Numbered from the whole stretch's first letter, positions 1-10,988 are shown. The stretch is 63,316 bases of DNA, filler included, from Circinaria calcarea (GCA_051942165.1; 34 parts of 34 records of this genome joined end to end with filler, not necessarily neighbours in it); one strand, 5' to 3'. The notes: generated by a model from the sequence alone, not told the origin. Numbers and translations are program-made.

Positions 1-832
1 GTCCTTGACACGTGCATTGCTGCCGGGGTTGGAGGTGGAATGCTGCATGGATCATTGTGCGCCAGTAAGGAAAAAGGGAAAAAAGAAGATATTAGCGACC
101 ATGGAGCTTCATGTTTCAATCCCCTGCTGCGAGATCCATCAGGGAAAACACTTCGGTGCCTCATCTGGTTCGAATGCACCAGTCCAGACAAGACGAAGCC
201 GTGGTACACATAGAAGGGAAGCGACCCCTGCCACTAGCAGACTCGTGCTAAGACGTTCCACCACCCATGAAGCATAAGGCCCACCGAACGTATTCAACCG
301 AATGTATATTCAACCAAATGTATTCAACTAGCCGACACTGCAAAGGTAAGTAGCTTGGTTTGTCTGACCTAGGGGCGGAGGGCATTCCCTAACCGGCTGT
401 TGATTCCACTATACCGCGTGTGTCATGTCAGCCAAGCTCCGCAAATATATGCGTATAGCGGAAGTGATGACATCCTTCTAGCCTAGAGACTTTGTTGGTA
501 ACTGACTCATGCATTACGTAGATTGGAGAGGTTTATCGGTGCCCATAACTTTTGTTTAAACGCCCAAAGCAGCCAGCTCCTGCCCATGCTTGGATCCTCG
601 CTTCATCGAACCCGCTAGTACGTACAGGGATATTGGTACAAACACGCCATGCTCCTAGCTGAATTCGACGACGGAGAGACTCGACGTCGGAAGGACCCCA
701 GATCCAATGCGGAAAATGAACCTCCCTTGAGTGGTGTGAATACACCATGTGCTCGCAACAACGGCAGATGCCTGCCCACCCACTCGGCATGGCTCGTTAA
801 TGGTGAAGCTTCTAAATGCGGTCGTAAAGTCA

Positions 833-1783
833 TCACTGTGTATACGTCTCCTTTTTTCGGATCTCGGCAGTGTGGTCTCGTTCGCTCTGATTGACGCGGA
901 TCATGCGATAGCCATCGTTGACGTCGGCCCCTTCACGACTTCCCCAGGCTGTCTACATGCATCACTCTGGTTAGCGTGTTTATCCCTTGCAGATGTATGT
1001 CGCGGGAGATCGCCAGTGCTAGAATTTCATGTATTCTCCGAAGCTTGTAGGAAAAGGACGCCCTAACACAAGGGGCCTTAACGAAAAAGGAGCTTGTTGC
1101 CGACTTACCACTTTGACCGTGCATATAGCATAAATCTTAATTAGACCGTGGAAGTAGCCAAATATGATTGAAACGGGTAGTAAGAAGAAGTCGACGGGAT
1201 AACGGATATAGTGGCCAATTAATTTGACAAACTTGCTCACGAACATCCAGAGTAGGAGGAGTCCGATTGCCAGTAGCTGAACCTCTTCGTTGCAGGACTC
1301 AACTGTCTTGTAGCAAAGATAGAGGAAGGATGCATCCCAGAAAAGGGCCCAATGAGAAATCGTGGTTAGGTGAACAGCATATGTGCTCCACGGTTGCTGT
1401 CTTCGGGAATCAGCATCTAGATGGAAGGGGTAAAAAGGCTCAGGGGCTAACCTCCAGATGTACCCTTCCACAAACATGCTGGTAATATTGCTCCGCCAAT
1501 TGCTGCGTGACCACCGCAGACATTGCTTCAGAAACATAGGGTTGTCTTCCAAAGTGGTGAGAACTTCTGCTTCCTTATGGTACTGGAAAGCAATTTTTTG
1601 CCCCTGAGACACAAGCCATCGGGTAATAAAATTATCGTCATCGGCATTTAGCTGATACTGGCCGAGCCATTCTTCATGTGTGAACCCGTGAATAAACGCA
1701 TCATCCATCAGGATCTTCGTGCGATATGCTACAGTCCTTCCAGAAAGACACGGCAAACCACCATCCATGTACATACATGCAGC
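833..1783 (-). CDS. cps1: GT2 polysaccharide synthase, Cps1-like (hyaluronan-synthase-like); 5'-truncated, C-terminal half
   Basis: Motifs GGLPCLSGRT, ADDDNFITRW and QCLRWSRS (QxxRW), followed by TM helices. Introns at 1401-1451 (in frame) and 953-1108. The last exon reads TAWGSREGAD...YTQ, with stop at 833-835. Confidence 0.85.
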
Positions 1784-1883
1784 NNNNNNNNNNNNNNNNN
1801 NNNNNNNNNNNNNNNNNNNNNNNNNNNTTAATTAATTAANNNNNNNNNNNNNNNNNNNNNNNNNNNNNNNNNNNNNNNNNNNN
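1784..1883. other. Artificial contig linker (N44-TTAATTAATTAA-N44); first of 33 identical 100-bp linkers
   Basis: Identical 100-bp blocks start at 1784, 3667, 5546, 7425, 9302, 11179, 13056, 14929, 16802, 18675, 20547, 22419, 24290, 26160, 28030, 29898, 31765, 33631, 35496, 37358, 39220, 41081, 42941, 44799, 46654, 48509, 50363, 52216, 54069, 55922, 57772, 59621 and 61469. The intervening contigs never increase in length, running from 1783 to 1748 bp. Confidence 0.99.
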
Positions 1884-3619
1884 GGTACCTCGTGATTTGT
1901 TTGGACCGACGCTTTTGATGGTATAGCCCAAGCATTTGATGTTGCCTTTTAGACGGTCTGTGGTTATTGGGAAATTCGCTGGAAGGAGGCAGTCATCGTC
2001 GATTAAAAGGACATATGGAAAATGCTTAGTAATAAAGCACCCTACCTGATATAATGTTATTCAAATTACCTATTGATATAGGGTTCGGAGCAAACCGTAC
2101 AAATTGAGCAATGATCTTGGAACCCATTGGAGACCAGGTGTGGCTGACACCGTAGCGTTTACAAACGTCTTCAGTGTTATCAAGCGGAGTAAGGGAGTTG
2201 CCATTGGCAACGACCTATCACATCATTAGCATCTGAACAACGCACTGTCAAGCTCATACCGCTTCCAGAAACACTTAGAGTTAAACCGAAAACAGCTTAC
2301 AAAAATGTTTTGGGCTGGGAAGACCTTAAGCGCTGATTCTAAAGTGGCTGCGATCAAGCTTTCAGACTTATAACAGGGGATAATGAGAGCACAATCGGTA
2401 TCTTCGGGTTCTTTCTTAACGTCCTCTGTACTAGAGGCAGAGCCCCATAAACTATGTGGTTCATGTAGAGCCGAGAGCCGGTGGACTTTTTCAGGGGACG
2501 AAGAGGGGTAAGGCGCATCGGGTTCGAAAAAGATAAGTAAGGGACCAAAGGCATAACTGAAAAAAAGATAAGCTTGAAAACACCAAGTCTGTCTACCCGA
2601 CTTTACTCACAATATAGCTAAGCCTAGAAAGATCGCAAACCCTCCGGGAAGTACGAATTTGGTGCTCATAACCCAGTACATCCACCAGACGAGGCCCCTC
2701 CAAAGAGGCATTCCAACAAATACAAAGTAAACCGTGCCTATGACCATTGTTAGACATGCTCTAATGTGTAGAATTGGGTCGACTAACAAGCTAGGAGCAA
2801 GTAGATTAAGTACTGAAACACATATTGTGCAGGCTTACTTCGTTGAAGCTGTTTCTGCCGCACCTTTGCTGTCTCGTATAACCTAGCCAAGCTTGTTCTT
2901 CGAACGGTCTGTGCAACCTGGTTGGTGAGGTCATTGAACGCATCATTGAAGACAATGCTGGTCCTATTCGCGGCGTTTCTCGCAATCTGAACCACGGAAT
3001 TCCTATCGCGCAGACGCCGGGGTGGAGACACTTGGGCCGAATAGGGCTCCCCCTGGGTACCGAACTCCTGACCAACTCTTGGTGGGGCATTAACAACGAA
3101 TAGCGGAGGGTCATGGCCAGGCTGTGAGCGGTTATCCTGGGGGAAATGGAAATCATCAAGGCTTTGGAAGACAAACGCATTGGACGATATTCCGGTGGGG
3201 GCTATTGACGAGATTTCCTTGTGACCTTGATGTGAAGAAGAGTAGGACGGATCGACGGGAAAAGAATTGGCAGCTGGGAACATTTTCCCAGTTTCCCTGG
3301 ATCTCTGAAATGCTCCCACATCAATGCTGCTTGATCGCTGCGACGATGGACCGCTGGTTGTAAAAGGATCATCGGGAGCGACAGACTCATCTCCGATAGT
3401 CGAGGATAGCCTAACTGAGGGTTGAGAAAAGGGATTGGCGTAAGACTGAATACCTGCTACTCGTTGTCGATCTAAGCCCCCGTTTGTAACACTTAGAGCT
3501 CTAGCTCTTCTGACGTTGTCACAAACAACTGCCTGTATGTTGAGGTCCTCGTTTTGAACAGTCTCCGGCGTTGCGTTGTTGCGATCGTGGCTAAAGATTT
3601 GGTGTGAAGCTCTCCGCAT
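1884..3619 (-). CDS. Membrane glycosyltransferase family 2 protein; 3'-truncated, multi-exon
   Basis: A disordered N-terminus is followed by a TM segment (VYFVFVGMPLWRGLVWW). Spliced exons then give ALIIPCYKSE, VIANGNS, MGSKIIAQF and VLLIDDDC (DxD-type), running into the contig edge at GPNKSRGT. Confidence 0.8.
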
Positions 3620-3975
3620 CAGTCCACTGGGGAGAACGACATTATGGACATCTTGGCTCTGATGCCNNNNNNNNNNNNNNNNNNNNNNNNNNNNNNNNNN
3701 NNNNNNNNNNTTAATTAATTAANNNNNNNNNNNNNNNNNNNNNNNNNNNNNNNNNNNNNNNNNNNNAAGATAGGCCGGAGGGGAAGAAGCAAGGGTGGGG
3801 GACGGCGGTGAGGAAGATGTTCGGGGGAGTCTCCCGGCGTGCTGTTTCGAGTCCGGTCTGAAAAGCGCGAAGTATGCACTGGCGGTATTATACAGTATGC
3901 ATGTATAATGTAAGAACATTTTATACGCCTGCATTTGTTTTCTCCCTGTAAAACTCCCAAAAATAAACGCCCTTT

Positions 3976-4896
3976 CTATTCTGTTCTGCGATATTTATCT
4001 CTCTTTTTGGTGAAACAATTCATAAATTTGAGTGTCCCAACGAGCTCGCTCATCTTAGTATGGCAGGATCGCAGAGGGAGGGCTTCAAACATCTGCCTGA
4101 ATTTTGGCCGCAAGCACGTCTCATTTTTCTGAAATACGATCCCTTTCTCTGTGAGGGTGAAAGTATTTGTGTCGGTCAGAGACGCAAAGTACTCCTCTTG
4201 CATTTCGTCCCGCGCACGAAGAAGCTGTCCTCGTAGACCAGGATTCGTAGCCGGTATAACAGCAGTGATCATGACGTCTCTGTCGATGAGTAGCTTTTCC
4301 GCCAAGGTGTGAACGTAGTGTATCCCGTCCCAGGCGCCCCTATATAGTCTGCTATTTCTGATCGTATTTCTAAACAAGCATATCATTGATACGACCGGCC
4401 ACTTCGGAATGTTTAACACCCTCGCTGGTTCAAAGATGAACCTGTCAAGGAAGTACCACAGTTGCTCCTCCGTCTCACTGGGATCGGCATGCCAGTCTTT
4501 GATCGACAGTATGTCCGAAATGGACTGCCCGAGTCTCAAAAAGTGTGTCGTATCCACCGGACTCAGCTTTGGTATATGTTTTAACTCGTAGTCGGTTGCA
4601 AGGCAATGATGAAGGAAATTCCGGAGTCGCTCGACTTCATCTGAAGTGGTTTCTGTAAGCTGGGGTATTCGATTCGTCGGCGACGGGGCAATAACTCGAG
4701 ATATAGAATCCTGTGTACCGGGATAGGGAGGCGGTGGGTCTGTCCTCGATATTGCTGCAATTTCTCCTATGCCAACATCGTTCTGCATTGGAGGCAAAGA
4801 TGTCCTTTGACCACTTGCACTCGGATCGAACGCGAGCGCCTCCATCGTACGAGCTGCAACGATCATAGTGTGAATGGCTTCTAACAGTGTAGGCAT
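3976..4896 (-). CDS. Hypothetical protein, 306 aa, apparently intronless
   Basis: Uninterrupted ATG-to-stop ORF with a Pro-rich N-terminus (PPPPYP) and a helical-looking C-terminal half. No family recognised. Confidence 0.55.
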   Translation of the reverse strand: MPTLLEAIHTMIVAARTMEALAFDPSASGQRTSLPPMQNDVGIGEIAAISRTDPPPPYPGTQDSISRVIAPSPTNRIPQLTETTSDEVERLRNFLHHCLATDYELKHIPKLSPVDTTHFLRLGQSISDILSIKDWHADPSETEEQLWYFLDRFIFEPARVLNIPKWPVVSMICLFRNTIRNSRLYRGAWDGIHYVHTLAEKLLIDRDVMITAVIPATNPGLRGQLLRARDEMQEEYFASLTDTNTFTLTEKGIVFQKNETCLRPKFRQMFEALPLRSCHTKMSELVGTLKFMNCFTKKRDKYRRTE

Positions 4897-5278
4897 TGCA
4901 AGATTCGATATCTAACTGTAGAGGGAGGATTTTACTTAGGATAAAATATAAAAACGCTTTGGAATATAGACTGCAGAAAACGAGCATGCGAAGTGTGAAG
5001 AGATATATTCGAAACTGGAAAGAGATACATGTTATACATATTACAGCATTCATATGAAATGTCCGTGGAATAGCAGATCGCTTGGTGAGAACCAAAGAAC
5101 TGTCCAAGCTCCAGAAATTAAATATACTCGACCAAGATAGGTTAGGGCTAGGGCTCAACAGCATAAGTTGGTATGATCTGGTAAACATTGGTAGGCTAGT
5201 GAACCCTCAGGCCGGCGCAAGGCAGTAGGAGCTCAGACCCTTATCTTAACCCTAATTCTCAGACAATGCCAAGAGGTC

Positions 5279-5545
5279 ATGGCGGGTCATGAAACTTTGG
5301 AAAGTCCGGTCCATCCGAATCTTACCTTTCAACCAGTCACTCACGCCATCGACAAGACAATCACCAGACCGGGTACTGTTCGAATCAATGTCGAAGGCGC
5401 CTTCATCGTCGATGATGGTACAGCTACTCCCGAAACTTCCGATGGAGACGGAGCTCCAAATCCCACCAGGGATATCCGGCTACCCCACCATACAGCTGTC
5501 GTCAGCCATGTTGCTGTGGACGTATGGCAAGCTCATAGCTCTTCG
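5279..5545 (+). CDS. CAB1: Pantothenate kinase (type II, fumble family), first exon only
   Basis: RPGTVRINVEGAFIVDD...DIRLPHHTAVVSHVAVD is followed by a GTATGG donor at 5522. This matches the fungal PanK N-terminus that precedes DIGGSL. Confidence 0.85.
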
Positions 5546-6199
5546 NNNNNNNNNNNNNNNNNNNNNNNNNNNNNNNNNNNNNNNNNNNNTTAATTAATTA
5601 ANNNNNNNNNNNNNNNNNNNNNNNNNNNNNNNNNNNNNNNNNNNNCCCAACAACAGACTGACATTTTCCGATCCGCACAACGCTCGTCTGACCTTTGGGA
5701 TCCCACCCCCCCCCCAACCTTTCCCTAGTAGAAGTTGCCCGCCAACCAAAAAAAACTTGACCAGACGTGTATTCCCCCTCCTTCTCTCAAAGGAGCCGCA
5801 TGAGCATCTCCCACCCATCATACAGGAGCAAATATCCTCCGTGGAAGCTAAGATCGGGGGATTATTGGAGAGACACGCGAGCCAACATTTAGAGCGCATG
5901 TTCCTCGAACTGTGATGATAGCCTTCGAGCATGAGGTTTATCCTATCTGTGGGTTACGATCTCACGTTGAGAATGCTGCTTGGATATCCTTGGCGACCGC
6001 TCAATAAAGTAGACCACACAGTTGAAACTGCCTGATCGCATCTGAAATGCTGTCGCTGCAATATTCCATGGAGCCAAATGACAAGTCAAAACCCGTGGAA
6101 GCATATACAAGGCAAACATTGAGTTGAAGGGTTCTATGCGAGTAGTTAGATCCAAATTTAGCAACCTTTGAGGATAAGGGAATACTTATAAAAAAATTC

Positions 6200-7424
6200 T
6201 ATTGCCGCCTCACATCACCTTCACCTTCTCAAAGGATCAAGCTCAGCAAGACGGCAACGATGCCTCCTCGGCCATTCCATCGCTACCTCCCCGCCCCTCG
6301 ATGTTCCCCCTACCACCCTACACACTGTCTTCAACCATGCATCGCTTGCTTCAACTAAAGATCCCCATCCTCGCAGTGTCTTCCTCTTGACCTCAACCAG
6401 ATTATCTTCATTGCCATAGACAGTGTATCAAACTGCCATACTGCCGCGACATCGCTGAATCATGCGTCATGGCCACTCGACCGGCCACGCTGGGAAGCAA
6501 AGCCAAGTTTTGCAAAAGGCTGATAAGAAGAGCAGACAAGCACTAAGCTTTGATCCTCACTCAAGAGAGGTCCTGTCCAAATACCAGGGGTTCCTGATGC
6601 TCCACCCAAACGATGCTTCCTTGAGGCAAACCGGCTTTGCGACCACTTGGCAGAAGCAATTGAGTCTGGTGTGCATGGTGATAGCTATAACTGTTTTTCT
6701 GACTCAACACCTGGTTGTAGGGCAAATACTTTGTTCTTGGATTATGCTGCAAGGCTAGGGATGTAAAGTGTCCACAGGTATGAATGGATGAAATTTGATG
6801 TGCTGCTGGTAGGAAAGGAGACATCATAAGATCCCACAAAACCAATTCTTGCTACTTCTCTCATCGACTTTGGCCCTCGAGACTTTAAGTTTGTCGATGC
6901 CCTCATTCCACTAACTGGCTTCCTCACCAATCACAAACACCTCGTATCAATGAGCCTGAAAGACCAAGCATCACTCCCAAGTCTCGAATCCAAGACCCTG
7001 TTGCTTGTGCAAGCTCAGGAATATCTCCCATTTTGATGTGCAGTACCTTCAGAGACTAGTCTTTGTTTCCTCTTCCACAGTCCTTTCGGAACAACAGAAG
7101 GGCAGTGGCTAAGCGGACAAAGGACATCACCAAAAACCGCTCCCATCTCCCCGTAGGAAGGATAGGCGTCGACCTGGCCGGTGAGGGCTAAGATGACTTA
7201 GATGTCAGCGCTCATCTTCGACTCGTGTGCTGGCCACACGAGGAGGTGATTAATGCAGCTGATTGGGACTTGTCTTTGAAGAGACAGCTACACCATTGGC
7301 TGATGCCGGGATGTAGGCTTCGTGATTGGGCCTCGTCAAATAGACAACGTGATTGAAAAGGAGTGGAGATCAGGGATAACAAAGGCTGCTAGAGCCTTCA
7401 GCTAATAGGAGATCGGTACTGGAC
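6200..7424 (+). pseudogene. Possible decayed protein-coding sequence
   Basis: Protein-like peptides switch frames and are broken by stops (e.g. CLPLDLNQIIF, DLAGEG*DDLDVSAHLRLVCWPHEEVINAADWDLSLKRQLHHWL). No intact ORF and no family recognised. Confidence 0.25.
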
Positions 7425-7524
7425 NNNNNNNNNNNNNNNNNNNNNNNNNNNNNNNNNNNNNNNNNNNNTTAATTAATTAANNNNNNNNNNNNNNNNNNNN
7501 NNNNNNNNNNNNNNNNNNNNNNNN

Positions 7525-7728
7525 GTCGTTCTCGACAACAGTACCACTTGGCGATTGGGTTGTATAGCGAGTTCCGTCCGAGGCTACCTTACCCTCATAT
7601 TTTATGAAGGTAGAAGCCACGCTGGACGAGCCCGCGCTCGGTATGGGCGGAGGGTCATCGACATCACCGCAATCTTCGGCTGCAGGCAAACCAGCACCAT
7701 GTCGGTGGTGTCGAGCACGAGTCGACAT
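7525..7728 (-). CDS. Possible 5' fragment of a hypothetical protein
   Basis: ATG at 7728 is open to the contig edge (MSTRARHHRHGAGLPAAEDC...). No recognisable domain. Confidence 0.25.
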
Positions 7729-8747
7729 CGGAGGCAGCAGACGCAGGGGGGTTTTCCATCAATGAACAGCGTAAATTCTTGCTGGAAGGTCCTTGTATAA
7801 AGGAGGATTAGGAGGAAATGTGATGCTCCGGTGGTAGATGTCACTTATACTTTGGTATCAACTCTCCAATTGGCTGCGGGGCTACTTTCTGGGCATTGCG
7901 GTACACTATCCGAGTGCGTATGCCAAGATGTTTGACACATGACGATAACCCTGACCTATTGGCCAGCGAGCAGACTCTGCTCGCGTGATGGCATCTCATT
8001 ATCCAAGTCTCATCTCTCACAGCAGAGAATTGCAGCGAAAAGACCCCAAACATAGGCAATAACTAGGCCCTTTGTGGGGATGCCGCAAACGGGAGATGTT
8101 TTCGGTGGAAGTACATCAAGGGTGATGGAACGATTCGACTTGAATGTGGAAAAGGAGTGCCGAAAGTATCGGGGACACGGATCCGAGGAGATGGAGGGCT
8201 TAGGTTGGATGGTCAAAGAAAAGCTCTTCGATAATTATGAAATGGAGGAAGGTGACGGAAAGGCACTTGATCCAGATTGATCTTGGAAAATCTCGGAGCG
8301 ATTGCAAGCAGCTAAATAGTATAATAGTAAGATGTCCGTCTATAGGAGGAGATAGTCAGGGAGCTACTTGAAACTGAAGAACTGAGTCTGCGCAGCGACT
8401 AACAGATGGGAAGATCATCAATTCAGGTAAGAAGTCAGGGAACCGGGGATTGGCTGTCTTCAACGAGCGTTTCAAGGTTTTGACTCGTGCTCGTTCGCAA
8501 GGAATCGATGCTGTCCAGCAAGACCTATTTGTGGTCCATGATTCGAATGAAGACAAGAAAACAAAGGAGCGGTAGAGGGTAGCAAAATAATTGTAAGTTA
8601 TTATCATATGTAAATAGTCGTTAAAGCACATGCCATAACCGCAATTGCGAATAGCAAAAACTGAGCGCCCCAAGACATTTTAACCAACGTAAGGTCTTCA
8701 TAACAAGTAGGAAGGCAAGGGAGAATGTGGCTGAACAGGCAAAGATA

Positions 8748-9301
8748 TCAAGCTCGAAGTGTAGTGCCATGCACAGTCGCCACGTGATTCTTGAAATGCT
8801 GTAAGCCATTAAGAAAGAGCCCCTTGACAGGCAAACAGGATGACCGCATGGGAGCCTCTGGTTTGCTGATACCTCCTTCAGGTGGTTATTAACATGGTTC
8901 ATCATCTTGTTGACTGTGGAGTACGTCCGGGTACGGTATTCGTAGGTACTTCGTTCGTCTCCACTGCATATGATGCACTGGGTCTTTTTACAAAGAACCG
9001 GGAAAGGGTCCTCTGGTAGAGGCTGCTCCTCTGAAGAATCCAAGCATGCCCTACTTACGCGTGGGCGTGGGCGTGTGCGGCACCGGTCCTCCTTTCGTCA
9101 GGAGAGTGCTACCATCAAGTCGATGGCTCGGATCCGGCGGCTGACAATGTCACTTGGTCTAAGGTCTTTGGAAATGTCGCAAACCACCTCCTGAAGCCGG
9201 GCTCGTTCTGGAAGCTGGTGATGGATGACGGGCTCGACGTAATCAACGGTTGCAGTCTTGCCTAGTTACCTCTCTAATTCTTCGTTGTGGATGCGGTAGA
9301 A
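8748..9301 (-). mobile_element. Degenerate 3' end of a DUF3435 tyrosine recombinase (Starship 'captain') pseudogene
   Basis: Translation: FYRIHNEELER*LGK...EPVIHHQLPERARLQEVVCD...IVSRRIRAIDLMVALS*...EDPFPVLCKKTQCIICSGDER...KMMNHVNNHL...CGHPVC, then a frameshift near 8820, then GLFLNGLQHFKNHVATVHGTTLRA*. This resembles the Cys/His-rich C-terminus of DUF3435 proteins. Premature stops lie at 9266-9268 and 9098-9100. Confidence 0.78.
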
Positions 9302-9401
9302 NNNNNNNNNNNNNNNNNNNNNNNNNNNNNNNNNNNNNNNNNNNNTTAATTAATTAANNNNNNNNNNNNNNNNNNNNNNNNNNNNNNNNNNNNNNNNNNN
9401 N

Positions 9402-10988
9402 GGTGGTGTTCAATATATCTGGATAGATAGTCTTTGCATCATTCAAGACTCCAAAGAAGAGTGGCGCCGAAGTGCAGGAATGATGTGGGAGATCTACACC
9501 AATTCCTACCTCAACTTATCCGCAACTGCATCATACGACTCCACTCAAAGTCTCTTTCGCAAAAGAAATCCTGAGATGTTATCCCATTGCGCTGTGACCA
9601 TACCGGAAGGGCATCCACAGATCGGCTCAGGGGAATACATTTGCTACGATGACTGTGAATGGCTTCATCTAGTTGACAATGGTCCGGTGAATACAAGAGC
9701 TTGGGTGCTTCAAGAGCGTCTGCTTTCTCCTCGTGTCGTCCACTTCTCTGAGAACCAGCTGTTCTGGGAATGTCATCAGTTGAAAGCATCCGAGAGATTC
9801 CCCGGTGGCATACCATCCAGATATTCGTCCTCGGGCCAGAGACGTCTCCTCCACAATGAACTTCGAGGGCAGGAGCCAAGAAAGCTTCTTGAAGTATGGG
9901 ACAAGATTGTTGCAGAGTACACTTCTACAAACTTGACATACGGCTCAGATAAGCTTGTCGCCATCTCTGCACTGGCGCGGCAGGTATCAGAATACAGCAA
10001 AGTGGCGGGTGAATATCTAGCCGGCTTGTGGAGAAACAAATTGATCGGGCAACTCTGCTGGTCATCATCATCGCGCACGGTGCGCTCAAAGGAATATCGA
10101 GCCCCATCGTGGTCTTGGGCGTGCCTTGACGGCGCCATATGGCCTCGATTCGATTGGGTAGGTTATGGTTACGATGGTTATAGATATGACTCAAAATCAC
10201 TTATCAAGATTATTGACGCCAGCGTAATAAGTAAAGGTGACCCTTTTGTATCAGTTACCGCAGGCGAGCTACACCTCTCTGGACTACTCTACCGCGTAAC
10301 ATTAGCCAAGTCCGAGACAGCACAATCCTCGCCAGAGCCTAGGTCTGCTGAGGAAAGAAGAGCAGATATTGTCAGAGTTATGTCGGAAATTGAACCAAGT
10401 TTTACGGGTGAAAACATGGTTTCTTTCGGGGTATCGGACGGTCCACTACCAACCGGGGACCAACTGATTGATATCGACGTAATGCATGGCATGATTTGTG
10501 TAGATGAATCTGCGCCAAATAATTTGCAGAAAATCGAGGATGAAACCAGTCCGAAGCGAAGGGATTTCAAGATGGACCTCGGACAACACGAGGGTGACAT
10601 CCGTCTCGACGAAGATATCAATGAGGAGAAATTGGCCCAGATGGATCTTATATTCTTACCCGTGCTATGCTACAGCGAACTCGACCGGGTCTATAATAGA
10701 GAGGGCTTTGAAATCGAGAGTATTCAAGGCTTAGTCTTGACAGCAACAGAGGCAAGAGCAAATAACATTTATAGGAGAATAGGGTGGGCCACGCTTGACG
10801 AGTACGGGGCTGCAGAATTTCTTTGCAACTTAGGAAATCAGGAGCTTGACAATTCTCTTGAATTGGACGGAGGAATGGTGGCAGAGGAGAGATTGAAGCT
10901 CGAGGATTTCATGCCTAAACATTGGCCTGGAAAAGAACTCTCTTTTGTCCCCAAGGACTTTGCTTGTTACGAAATTAGAATTGTCTGA
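9402..10988 (+). CDS. HET-domain (heterokaryon incompatibility, HET-6/TOL-like) protein; 5'-truncated
   Basis: YIWIDSLCIIQDS, MWEIYTNSYLNLSAT, RAWVLQERLLSPRVVHF, LFWEC, DKLVAISALA, YLAGLW and RAPSWSWA motifs. Confidence 0.92.
   Translation, partial: GGVQYIWIDSLCIIQDSKEEWRRSAGMMWEIYTNSYLNLSATASYDSTQSLFRKRNPEMLSHCAVTIPEGHPQIGSGEYICYDDCEWLHLVDNGPVNTRAWVLQERLLSPRVVHFSENQLFWECHQLKASERFPGGIPSRYSSSGQRRLLHNELRGQEPRKLLEVWDKIVAEYTSTNLTYGSDKLVAISALARQVSEYSKVAGEYLAGLWRNKLIGQLCWSSSSRTVRSKEYRAPSWSWACLDGAIWPRFDWVGYGYDGYRYDSKSLIKIIDASVISKGDPFVSVTAGELHLSGLLYRVTLAKSETAQSSPEPRSAEERRADIVRVMSEIEPSFTGENMVSFGVSDGPLPTGDQLIDIDVMHGMICVDESAPNNLQKIEDETSPKRRDFKMDLGQHEGDIRLDEDINEEKLAQMDLIFLPVLCYSELDRVYNREGFEIESIQGLVLTATEARANNIYRRIGWATLDEYGAAEFLCNLGNQELDNSLELDGGMVAEERLKLEDFMPKHWPGKELSFVPKDFACYEIRIV

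Noticed and set aside
833..3619. N-terminal GT2 half (contig 2) and C-terminal GT2 half (contig 1), both on the - strand, appearing to form one gene or a polysaccharide cluster across the gap
   Set aside because: Contig order is set by length, and the motifs suggest different GT2 subfamilies (IPCYKS/VIANGNS type versus Cps1 SGRT/ADDDNF type). The adjacency is coincidental.
5139..5155. Telomere or chromosome end
   Set aside because: Only two or three imperfect TTAGGG units, internal to a contig and between two genes.
8748..10988. HET gene as cargo of the Starship relic
   Set aside because: A linker separates them, and the HET gene lies on the captain's upstream side. There is no linkage evidence.
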